From IMG/VR virus record IMGVR_UViG_3300048625_000299, positions 124,001 through 188,000 of that record: a DNA stretch of 64,000 nt. One strand, 5' to 3'. Position 1 is the stretch's first letter. The number at the start of each line of letters is the position of its first letter. This document shows positions 13,004-21,135 of this stretch, in pieces. A program made the position numbers and the translations under genes. The notes under the pieces were generated by a model that saw only the letters and a list, made by a program, of their open reading frames with translations, did not search any database and had not been told where the DNA came from.

Positions 13004-13252
13004 ATGAACGAACGAATTGAAGAACTATTGGGTCAGGCCTACGACGAAGCAGTGCCAGAAACTTGGACTACACTTTCTTCTGAACAATTAGGAAGGATAT
13101 ATGAAAAGTTTGCCGAATTGATTGTTCAGGAATGTATCGGCTGTTGTGAGCAGGTGATTAGTGATCCTGTTCCCGAAAGTGTAGATACTTGGTTGAATGG
13201 TGGCGAACAATGTATCCAAGAGATTAAGAAACATTTCGGAGTTGAAGAATGA
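13004..13252 (+). CDS. MNERI-family paralog
   Basis: MNERIEEL ... EKFAELIVQEC ... IKKHFGVEE. Confidence 0.8.
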   Translation: MNERIEELLGQAYDEAVPETWTTLSSEQLGRIYEKFAELIVQECIGCCEQVISDPVPESVDTWLNGGEQCIQEIKKHFGVEE

Positions 13253-13393
13253 GCATGTATTGTATTCCGAATGCACCCAAACAAAATGGGGATTTGTGGG
13301 TGGTAGTGAAAGACAATGTGGTGACTGTTCTTAATCCAGCAGGCGAATATTGGAGAAATAAGACATTCACAATAGAGCAATTCAAGCGAGAGC

Positions 13394-13921
13394 TCAATAT
13401 CTCTTTAGCCAGTCCTTGATTTCAGGCGTACGTCCCCAATCCCATCCATTAGGCAATTCGGCCAGCCTCTTCTCATTACCAGTCTTAGGGCAATGACACC
13501 ATCTTCTACCAGCAACAGTAGATTTGCCCATTCTAGCTATACTAACAAGAGTCTTAGACATAGCAGACTTCCTAGAGCCCAATGCATTACTAGGCCTACC
13601 ACGCTTAGAGTCAGCCATCTTAGCCTTGGTCTCATCAGACATTACCTTACCAGTATTAGCGGCCTTGACAGCATTAACCATCCTCAACTTCTCTTCATCG
13701 GTGAAGTATTTCCAGCCCCATTTCTTCTTAACAACACACCCTTCAATAACAATAGTGCAATTGTATTGCTTCTTTAGGCGCTCAATAACAGCATCATAAT
13801 TGCCAGAATCTTTGATTGTAGAGACCTTTTCCCACTCTCGACCCCATTCGTTGTAAAAAAGTTTATCGCCCTTATCGTCGGTTCTAAGCGTTCCTTGCCG
13901 CATGTAAACAGATATAAGCAT
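13394..13921 (-). CDS. NUMOD3-motif DNA-binding protein (homing-endonuclease-type C-terminus, no recognisable nuclease domain)
   Basis: GKVMSDETKAKMADSKRG and GSRKSAMSKTLVSIARMGK repeats; RRWCH...ELPNGWDWGR tail. Confidence 0.65.
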   Translation of the reverse strand: MLISVYMRQGTLRTDDKGDKLFYNEWGREWEKVSTIKDSGNYDAVIERLKKQYNCTIVIEGCVVKKKWGWKYFTDEEKLRMVNAVKAANTGKVMSDETKAKMADSKRGRPSNALGSRKSAMSKTLVSIARMGKSTVAGRRWCHCPKTGNEKRLAELPNGWDWGRTPEIKDWLKRY

Positions 13922-14002
13922 ACGTATTTCCTATAATTAATTAATCCTAGTATATAGGAAATGGATAGTTTTTGTGAGAAAGAAGCGTATATGTTTACGT
14001 AT

Positions 14003-14130
14003 AGTATTATACCCCGTCTTAAACTAGTATGCACAATATTATAGCAAAGTATAGGGAATAGAGATATAGATGCACAGTATATACCCCCGTCTTAAACTTA
14101 TATGCACATAGTATAAGGAAATAGGGTAAC
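14003..14130. repeat. Degenerate tandem direct repeat, core CCCCGTCTTAAACT(A/T)(G/A)TATGCACA
   Basis: Copies at 14012-14034 and 14085-14108; related copy at 21426-21449. Confidence 0.8.
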
Positions 14131-14280
14131 AGGTAGGAAAGTAGCACAAGCAGCCGTATATAACCATGTGCAGGTATAGGCAGCGGTAGGCTTAAGCACT
14201 CACTCCATTTGTGCAGCACACTGCTAAGCGCACACAATATTCCGTACAGCAGAACACCGCACTAAGTCAACGCAGCATTT

Positions 14281-14693
14281 AGTGCTACTGCTCACAGCCC
14301 AGAGTCACACTTTTGTTTCCAGTAATTGGGCAGCACAAAATGCCCACTAGCACTAAAGTGCCATGGCACAAAAGTGCCCAGGATTACAGCCAAAATAGCC
14401 ACTAGCTCAGTATAGCCCATGGCTAAAAAGTGCCAATAACGCGAAAGTGCTACTAGCTCAAAAGTGCTACTTTCATCTGAAAAGTGCCACTTTCGTGCTA
14501 CTCGGTCTATGGCTGAAAAGTGCTACTTGGATGGCGATTTCTGCCCATCAGCCAAAAGTGCCATGGCGATGGCTCAGAATAGCCAATAGCACTGAATAGC
14601 CACTTGGGCAGCTATTTTGTGTCCATAGCTAATCCTACCCACAAGAGGGCATGAAAGTGCTACTGTTAGTCAGAGTGGTACTTTTGTTTCCAG
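14281..14693. repeat. Non-coding iteron-like array of AAAGTGC(C/T)A motifs
   Basis: AAAGTGC at 14355, 14371, 14427, 14444, 14461, 14481, 14517, 14555, 14654; interleaved AATAGCC and CACTAGC motifs; no credible ORF. Confidence 0.85.
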
Positions 14694-14724
14694 AGTGAAT
14701 CTCCACATGATTTTGATGTTCGTG

Positions 14725-14753
14725 ATTATACTAGAACAAAGCTCACAAGTCAA
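14725..14753 (-). promoter_or_regulatory. Leftward sigma70-type promoter reading into the repeat array
   Basis: Minus strand TTGACT-17 bp-TATAAT. Confidence 0.75.
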
Positions 14754-14818
14754 CAGCTCACAGATAAGCTTACGATTTGGTTGGGTATTGTTGACATCTG
14801 TTTGGAATGGTGTACAAT

Positions 14819-14908
14819 GGGTAGTGGGAAGATCCTGAAGTTTGCGGAATCTTGGCCTGTCCGCTCTCCACGTCCATCCCCAGTCTGCCTGTTCGAACGC
14901 ATGCCCCT
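14819..14908. ncRNA. Candidate small RNA element E1 between convergent promoters
   Basis: Homologous to 16572-16656; no conserved ORF; rightward promoter 14791-14818 and leftward promoter 14909-14936. Confidence 0.4.
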
Positions 14909-15029
14909 ATTATACATGAAATTTTGGACTTGGCAACAGTTATTTGAATAAGCTTACACTCTGATTGGGTATCTGTTGTCTGTTTGTGACTTTGTGAGAT
15001 AATGAAGTCTTTCAATGAGGAGTGATGTT

Positions 15030-15341
15030 ATGTCTTTCAAGTACGGTGTGTCTTATAACTGTGAGATCGGTAATGATTGTGTGGGTGGTGCTGATGATGG
15101 ATTTTATTCATTAGACATGGTCGGCAATGATTTAGACAAGATTACGGCTTATATTAAGGAGCATGAGAGTGATTCTGATTTGGTGCTTGTTCTTGATGAT
15201 AATGGTGCTTTTATTGGGCAAGGTTGTTCCCAAGGTGGTGATGTTGTTGCCTACTTTGGCTACGATCACCGCGGTGATGGAGAAGTTTATCCCACAATCG
15301 TTGTGTTTGAAAATCCACAAGATTTGACAGTTATCGAATAA
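15030..15341 (+). CDS. Small acidic hypothetical protein
   Basis: Own promoter and GAGGAG SD. Confidence 0.7.
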   Translation: MSFKYGVSYNCEIGNDCVGGADDGFYSLDMVGNDLDKITAYIKEHESDSDLVLVLDDNGAFIGQGCSQGGDVVAYFGYDHRGDGEVYPTIVVFENPQDLTVIE

Positions 15342-15427
15342 CCTTACATTCTAGTTGGGTATTCGAAATAATCGTTGCTCAACTAGAATTTTGTGAGATA
15401 ATTAAATCTTTCAACAGGAGAATGTAA

Positions 15428-15604
15428 ATGAGAAAATATCTGTCGATTGAGTTGTATAGTGGAGAATGTGCTGAACTGTCATATGACGAGTTTATTGAGC
15501 AGATTGAGGGATGTGAGGAGATTACAGAAAATGCTCATTTCATTTCCTACAAATTTGAAGAGTATGTTGTGATTGAAGACAAAATTGCTGATTATGATGA
15601 ATAA
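15428..15604 (+). CDS. 58-aa highly acidic protein (not in ORF track)
   Basis: MRKYLSIELYSGECAELSYDEFIEQIEGCEEITENAHFISYKFEEYVVIEDKIADYDE; promoter plus CAGGAG SD. Confidence 0.7.
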   Translation: MRKYLSIELYSGECAELSYDEFIEQIEGCEEITENAHFISYKFEEYVVIEDKIADYDE

Positions 15605-15614
15605 GGAGAATGTT

Positions 15615-15845
15615 ATGTTAGATACAGTTGAGGTTGTTTCTGTAGAAGATGGTGGATTTTATCAAGACGCATATACAAGTGGCTCTACTGTAGATGTTGT
15701 GCTAAAACGTGGAAATGAGTTTGCAAAGTGCGAAGGAATTCTCATTTTTGAAGAACAGGATGATGAGTCTATGTTCGAATATTTTGAGGAGTGGAAACAA
15801 ATGGCTCAATCTGGTGAAGACGGATATAGCTATTGGATTGAGTAA
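15615..15845 (+). CDS. Small acidic hypothetical protein
   Basis: AAGGAG SD before ATG at 15615. Confidence 0.7.
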   Translation: MLDTVEVVSVEDGGFYQDAYTSGSTVDVVLKRGNEFAKCEGILIFEEQDDESMFEYFEEWKQMAQSGEDGYSYWIE

Positions 15846-15918
15846 GCTTACAGGGGAGTTGGTTATTCAGTTGACCAACTCTCAATTCTGTGCGACAATT
15901 ACATTTTAAGGAGCTGAA

Positions 15919-16179
15919 ATGAGAGTTAAATTCTGTTTTGTAGATTCTGGTACTGGTGAAAATGATGTTGTGACTTTATCGGTTAAAAATATGTCACAAT
16001 CTGAATTCGAACGTGTTTTCAATCAATACATCAATTATGGCGAAGAAGAGTCACCACTCCGTTTGGAACTAAAATCGCTAATTAATCACGGTCAAAATTG
16101 GGTAGCAACATTCACTCATCATTGTGCCTATTTCGGTCCAGTTTTGATTACCGGTATTGTTTACACGAATTTCAAATAA
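15919..16179 (+). CDS. Hypothetical protein
   Basis: Own promoter and AAGGAG SD. Confidence 0.7.
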   Translation: MRVKFCFVDSGTGENDVVTLSVKNMSQSEFERVFNQYINYGEEESPLRLELKSLINHGQNWVATFTHHCAYFGPVLITGIVYTNFK

Positions 16180-16267
16180 AAGTCAACAAGCTTACGTTCT
16201 GATTGGGTATCTGTTGCCCAATCAGAATTTTGTGAGATAATGAAGTCTTTCAACAGGAGAATGTAAA

Positions 16268-16414
16268 ATGAAAACAAACGAAGATGTCGTGCGTGCTGAG
16301 GATTGTTTCGGTAATTTGATGTCTGCTCTGTCAGATTTGGGATTAGACCATATTAATGATGTACTGCACGATTTGCGTGCACAGATGTTTGAAGAATTGG
16401 ATATCGAAGATTAA
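16268..16414 (+). CDS. 48-aa acidic protein (not in ORF track)
   Basis: MKTNEDVVRAEDCFGNLMSALSDLGLDHINDVLHDLRAQMFEELDIED; promoter plus SD; followed by terminator. Confidence 0.7.
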   Translation: MKTNEDVVRAEDCFGNLMSALSDLGLDHINDVLHDLRAQMFEELDIED

Positions 16415-16434
16415 GATTTCACAACAGGACGACA

Positions 16435-16456
16435 GGACACCGAAGTGTCCTTTTTT
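16435..16456 (+). terminator. Rho-independent terminator
   Basis: GGACAC-CGAA-GTGTCC-TTTTTT. Confidence 0.8.
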
Positions 16457-16571
16457 GTGTTTGGGAGGTACACTTTTGTTTCCAGGATAGTTTGGAACTA
16501 GATTAGCCAACTCTGTTCCAATATCTGAACACAGACTAGCCCGTTGTCGGAATGTAAAAATCGTGTATAAT

Positions 16572-16656
16572 AAAGGGTGGGAAGATCCCAACGTTAGCCC
16601 CAAGTATTGTTTAGCCGCTCTCGACGTCCACCCCAGTCCTGCTTTCGAATGCCTCA
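16572..16656. ncRNA. Candidate small RNA element E2 between convergent promoters
   Basis: Homologous to E1; rightward promoter 16544-16571 and leftward promoter 16657-16684. Confidence 0.4.
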
Positions 16657-16787
16657 ATTATACATCAGAATTTGATTTCGGCAACAGCGTTTGGAATGTC
16701 CTTCTGATTTGTCCTGGTATTTGTTGCCCATGTTGTCCGAATGTGAATTTGTGCTATACTGGGCGCATCACTTAACAGGAGTCTATT

Positions 16788-17129
16788 ATGATTGAAATCG
16801 CACCAGCGCTCGCAACCGTTCACTCGGGAAATTTGCAAAAAGTTTTGTATGACAAACACCTAATCGCCGCGCTCGCCCGGCAATTGGTCGCGTCTTCTGC
16901 GGAGGGACATATCGAAATGATTTCCGATTTCCCCGGCGAATATAACACATTCGCGGACGTCGATAAAGTGATGCAATATTCAAAAGACGCCGCTGCGGAT
17001 ATGTTTTCGGATTTTGTAACGGAATTCCGAGACGCCGTACACGCTGAAATCCAAAAAGTCAACATCGAAGTCCGTAAAGTGAATTTCACAAAAGAATTCG
17101 TCGATGATGTGTACGCCGTAATTACATAA
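16788..17129 (+). CDS. Hypothetical protein
   Basis: Own promoter and CAGGAG SD. Confidence 0.7.
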   Translation: MIEIAPALATVHSGNLQKVLYDKHLIAALARQLVASSAEGHIEMISDFPGEYNTFADVDKVMQYSKDAAADMFSDFVTEFRDAVHAEIQKVNIEVRKVNFTKEFVDDVYAVIT

Positions 17130-17228
17130 AAGTCAACAGTTACTGAATGTCCTTCAAAATCAGAGGGACATTCGTTGACTGAGATTTTAAATGTGTTACA
17201 ATGGGCACATCACAACAAGGAGTGCTAA

Positions 17229-17318
17229 ATGGAAGATTCTGAATTGGAAGAGCTGATCGCTCTGTGCGAAGAATTTGAATATCACAACAACCAGGAAAGT
17301 GAGTTTGACTATGCTTAA
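17229..17318 (+). CDS. 29-aa acidic microprotein (not in ORF track)
   Basis: MEDSELEELIALCEEFEYHNNQESEFDYA; promoter plus AAGGAG SD; overlaps next start at 17311. Confidence 0.55.
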   Translation: MEDSELEELIALCEEFEYHNNQESEFDYA

Positions 17319-17514
17319 GGTCGGAGAACGCGTACAAGTGGAGAATCTGGAAGGCGTGCACACAATCGTCGGCCACGGATTCTATGAGCAAGAGCATTTT
17401 GCAACAACTTCCCCAGCATACATCATTCGGATGGATAAGGGGCAGTGGACGGAAGACCACAATGCATTCATCAACGTGATCGTTGTCCACCCTGATAATG
17501 TGACGGAGGTTTGA
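17311..17514 (+). CDS. Small SH3-like hypothetical protein
   Basis: MLKVGERVQV...VVHPDNVTEV pattern. Confidence 0.6.
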   Translation: MLKVGERVQVENLEGVHTIVGHGFYEQEHFATTSPAYIIRMDKGQWTEDHNAFINVIVVHPDNVTEV

Positions 17515-17765
17515 GATGTTTGACAATCCGTACAAACACCCACATGGAACGATTTGCGTTGTGCGAGAGGTTCATGGAAAGCCAATTGCGCTCAGGGTAC
17601 TCCCTCAAGAGTATGGAACGAATTGGCCTGGTTGTTTCACCCTGCTTTTCTAAGAAAAGTCAACAGCCAAAATAATGAGCTTACAGAGCAGTTGGGTATT
17701 CGAAAAAGTTGTTGCCCAACTCTCAAATTGCACAGATAATTGAGTCATCACAAACAAAGGAGTAT

Positions 17766-17990
17766 ATGATGACAGTAGCAGAATTGATTGAGCAGTTGAA
17801 AGAGATGAACCAAGACGCTGAAGTGCATTTTGCACATGGCAGCGGAGATCATTGGCGCACAGTCGTGGCTCCCAAGGTCGACATGGTTTCTGAGGGGTAT
17901 GTCAAGTACAGCGAATACCACCGGATGGACAAGATCGATGACGGCGACGAAATCGATGAGTCTGCACGGGAAGTCGTAATCTTGGAATAA
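17766..17990 (+). CDS. Hypothetical protein (MTVAELIEQL family)
   Basis: Own promoter and AAGGAG SD. Confidence 0.7.
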   Translation: MMTVAELIEQLKEMNQDAEVHFAHGSGDHWRTVVAPKVDMVSEGYVKYSEYHRMDKIDDGDEIDESAREVVILE

Positions 17991-18080
17991 CAGTCTCTTT
18001 TAGTTGGGTATTCGGGTGTAACCGTTGACCGATTGCCCAACTGAGATGAGAATTGAGACATCCAAACAAAGGAGTGAAAC

Positions 18081-18398
18081 ATGATCAACATGGACGAATT
18101 CGAAGCGCTGCTAAACGAGAATAAGGAAATCACTGTTCTCGGCCGCAAGTTCGGGCAAGGGACTATCTTGCGCAAGTGCGACCCAGTTGCATTCCACGTC
18201 GAATATCACACCTACTGTGCTGCAGTAGAAGATGCGATTGAAGAAGAGTTGGAGGCTGATCGTTTTGATGAGGCATTGAAGCTGCTCAACGGCTATGTCG
18301 CTGACGGCGTCGAATTCCCTGATGCATTCTTCAAAGTGACATCTCGTTTTCCTACCATAGAACAGGAGGAATTGCAACTGGCATATGATTCACAATAA
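18081..18398 (+). CDS. Acidic hypothetical protein
   Basis: Own promoter and AAGGAG SD. Confidence 0.7.
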   Translation: MINMDEFEALLNENKEITVLGRKFGQGTILRKCDPVAFHVEYHTYCAAVEDAIEEELEADRFDEALKLLNGYVADGVEFPDAFFKVTSRFPTIEQEELQLAYDSQ

Positions 18399-18487
18399 TT
18401 TGACCAAACCTGTTGCCCAATAGGGCAATCTCACAGACAATTGAATTTCACAAGTTTTTAATAGTGTTCAACCTCAAGGAGAAAACC

Positions 18488-18871
18488 ATGAACGCAACTA
18501 CCAAAGCCACCATCGCCCAAGCAACCGTGAAAGCTGCTGCAGCACCGAAAGCCGTCAAAGCGAAAGCTGAGAAGGTCGCTCAAGTGATCGTCGCAAAAGC
18601 TGCTGAGACTGCAAAAGCGAAAGTCGCAGCGAAGCCAAAGGCCCCTGCTAAAGTGAAAGCAGAAGCCCCAGCAAAAGTTGAGAAGGTCGTCAAAGCTAAA
18701 CCTGCTGTGAAAGCTGAAGTGACGAAGAAGGTGTCTAAGAAGGCACAAGCTCTGGAAATCATCTTGAAGAATCCAGAAGCTGGTCGTCAGAAGATCCTTG
18801 CGATGTTCCAATCTAAGCTGAGCATGTCTGCAGCACAAGCAAACACGTATTACTACTTGGTCAAGGCCTAA
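18488..18871 (+). CDS. Lys/Ala-rich (histone H1-like) protein with C-terminal helical domain
   Basis: AKAKVAAKPKAPAKVKAE low-complexity region; C-terminus paralogous to 20884..21135. Confidence 0.7.
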   Translation: MNATTKATIAQATVKAAAAPKAVKAKAEKVAQVIVAKAAETAKAKVAAKPKAPAKVKAEAPAKVEKVVKAKPAVKAEVTKKVSKKAQALEIILKNPEAGRQKILAMFQSKLSMSAAQANTYYYLVKA

Positions 18872-18970
18872 AAGTCAACGGTTGCTGAATACCCTTCTTA
18901 ATTGAGGGGTATTTGTTGACTGAGACTCAATCTGTGCTATAATCGGCACATCGACAACTAGGAGAAACGC

Positions 18971-19123
18971 ATGTATAATCCACTCGATCTTTTCACAGCA
19001 CGTCAACTGATGCCCCAGCAAGTCAATGCCGCCATGGCTGCTGCAGAACTCAAAGTCCGTGCTCAGACAGTTCAATCTGTGATGCACGAAGCCAAATTGC
19101 CTGATCTTCCCTGCGAAGAATAA
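18971..19123 (+). CDS. 50-aa hypothetical protein (not in ORF track)
   Basis: Promoter 18915-18943 and TAGGAG SD. Confidence 0.55.
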   Translation: MYNPLDLFTARQLMPQQVNAAMAAAELKVRAQTVQSVMHEAKLPDLPCEE

Positions 19124-19208
19124 CCTTACAATCTGGTAAGGTACTCGTTGCCCAGTTGTGAGATTGGGCAGATAATTGAGTCATCATTCAACAACAGGAG
19201 AAACTGAA

Positions 19209-19643
19209 ATGATGCAAGCAGGCAAATACTATGTGGGCGACCTCTGCTACGTAATGACCGACGCAGAATGGGAACAGTTCTGTGATATCACGATCGATGG
19301 CATGAAGTGCAAAGACGGTGAGTTTGAACTGCCTGATGGCCGCAAGTTCGCAACCTATGGAACGTACTGGGGCGATGGCTGCTATTTCGATCAATATGGC
19401 AACGAATATACCGTAGACGCAGGTTTGATCGGCTGTATTCGTGTAGAAGACATTCGTGCACAGAAGTATGAGAACATCGAAGAGCTTGGCGCAATCCACG
19501 AATTCCAAACTGATTTCGTAACAGGTGGTGGACGTGCTGATTGTGGCCGCGGCGGCAAGTGGAACGGGACAATCCAATTTGGCCGCATTGCGATCGAGAC
19601 AAATCCCGTAGACGAAGATGATGAGGATGACAACGATTATTGA
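19209..19643 (+). CDS. Hypothetical protein (YYVGDLCYV / TVDAGLIG family)
   Basis: Own promoter and CAGGAG SD. Confidence 0.7.
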   Translation: MMQAGKYYVGDLCYVMTDAEWEQFCDITIDGMKCKDGEFELPDGRKFATYGTYWGDGCYFDQYGNEYTVDAGLIGCIRVEDIRAQKYENIEELGAIHEFQTDFVTGGGRADCGRGGKWNGTIQFGRIAIETNPVDEDDEDDNDY

Positions 19644-19727
19644 TTGAGCTTACGATCTGGTCAGGTATTGCTTGACCAGATTTCCAATCTCACAGATAAT
19701 TGACTCATCAACAACAGGAGAAGTGAA

Positions 19728-20090
19728 ATGTCAACACGCTGCATCATCGGTTATTCGGACGGTAAGATCCACGGCATGTACAGCCACTATGATGGCTACC
19801 CTGAACATGTCGGTAAGATCCTTGTACAACACCACAACAGTTTCGCTGCGATGGAAGAGATCCTCGAAGGTGGTCAAATCCGCAGCTTCGATCATGATGG
19901 CACAATCTGTCGCTTTGGACATGGTCCTATCGAAGGCGCTGAGACATTCGACAACGTCAAAGAAGTGTTGTCTAGTGGCTTTGATTATGTCTATCTGTGG
20001 TCAGATGATGGCTGTTGGAAATGTTGGGGCAAAGAACGTGGCGTAGTGAAGGAATTTGATATTCCTGGTAATCGTCCGTGGGAAGCATGA
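19728..20090 (+). CDS. Hypothetical early phage protein (STR..IG / YSHYDGYP family)
   Basis: Own promoter and SD; motif recognised from other phage early genes. Confidence 0.75.
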   Translation: MSTRCIIGYSDGKIHGMYSHYDGYPEHVGKILVQHHNSFAAMEEILEGGQIRSFDHDGTICRFGHGPIEGAETFDNVKEVLSSGFDYVYLWSDDGCWKCWGKERGVVKEFDIPGNRPWEA

Positions 20091-20503
20091 AAGATCTATT
20101 TGATTCCAACGCTGTCTATTTTATCGCATATTTTGTGGTGATGGCAGCGTTTGGACAATACATGATTCTGCGTAAGATTGCGGACTTCATTGACAACGTG
20201 AAGACTGCATTCACCAGAGCGAAGAAGGTAGTCAGGCAGAGACAACGAGCAACGGATGTCGAAGTGAAGGCAACTGAGCTTGTCGTGCAGCCTGATATCA
20301 AATTCAAAGTCAACCAGAAGGAATGTGAAAAGCAATTGAACTACATCAGGCAGCAAAGAGCTGTAGATGCAGGGATGCATGATTTGACATCGAAATTCCA
20401 TAGGAAGTCAACAGTCAAATAATGTCCTTCAAGTCTGTATGGATATCGGTTGTCGAGTTGGTCTTTTGGACAGATAATAGAGTCATCACAAACAAAGGAG
20501 TAT

Positions 20504-20728
20504 ATGATGAACTATCAAGAACACGCAGCAGTCGCAGTCACATCAGTCTACGAAGCAGTGACAGATGTCCAAGTCGCAAATACAGCTCATATGTACGCAG
20601 GGACTTTGTTTGTTGCATGCACGCCACGTGATGCAGCGAAGATTGAGACCACGCTGATTGAGAATCTCAACTGCGGAGTGATTGTCAGCCGAGTTGGTCC
20701 TGAGTTCGCATTCGATTTCACAGTATAA
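20504..20728 (+). CDS. Hypothetical protein
   Basis: Leader nearly identical to that at 17733-17770. Confidence 0.7.
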   Translation: MMNYQEHAAVAVTSVYEAVTDVQVANTAHMYAGTLFVACTPRDAAKIETTLIENLNCGVIVSRVGPEFAFDFTV

Positions 20729-20883
20729 TCATGGGCAAGAAGCACATCGAAAACCCAACACAACTGGACGAGGGCGCAAAGCGCCTCGCTCATTACAACG
20801 AATGGTTGCTTGATCCCAACCGACCATTCGGAACAATCTACCCCGGCTATCAAACATCCACCAAACCTACCAAAGGAAAGAAA

Positions 20884-21135
20884 ATGCCCTCAACAGTAAT
20901 CGCAGACATGACCAAGGTGTTGACCAAAGAGAAAAAGGTCGCTATCAAGCCAGCAAAGAAGGCTGCTCGTGTATCCGATGGTCCTCGTGCAGGCAGCAAG
21001 TCCGAACTTGCTGTGGAGATCTATAAGCGTCTGAAGGGCGACAAGGCATCTGTCATTGCAGCGTTCCAGTCTGAGCTCAGCATGTCTGTTGCAGGGGCAA
21101 CGACTTACTTCTACAACGCTAAGAAGGCTGCATGA
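20884..21135 (+). CDS. Basic protein, paralog of 18488..18871 (possibly starts at 20731)
   Basis: FQSELSMSVAGATTYFY vs FQSKLSMSAAQANTYYY. Confidence 0.7.
   Translation: MPSTVIADMTKVLTKEKKVAIKPAKKAARVSDGPRAGSKSELAVEIYKRLKGDKASVIAAFQSELSMSVAGATTYFYNAKKAA

Larger units (their letters stand above)
1..13419 (+). other. Cluster of ~45 small, tightly packed co-oriented hypothetical phage genes (early/accessory region)
   Basis: Continuous chain of 40-170 aa + strand ORFs joined by ATGA/TAATG stop-start overlaps (e.g. 119..337, 337..504, 501..656, 656..889, 886..1110, ... 13004..13252, 13249..13419); minus-strand ORFs here are shadows. Confidence 0.85.

Noticed and set aside
261-13380. Numerous minus-strand ORFs in the track
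   Set aside because: Antisense shadows of the overlapping + strand gene chain; no SD or motifs
13394-13921. Intron-encoded homing endonuclease
   Set aside because: No interrupted host gene, no intron signature and no nuclease motif
14770-15015. Minus-strand ORFs across E1/E2 (14770..15015, 16343..16657) as a protein family
   Set aside because: Shared DNA blocks fall in different frames and one copy has an in-frame stop, so conservation is not at protein level
17131-18921. Bona fide integron
   Set aside because: Core boxes violate RYYYAAC/GTTRRRY and no integrase is in the window; kept only as a structural analogy
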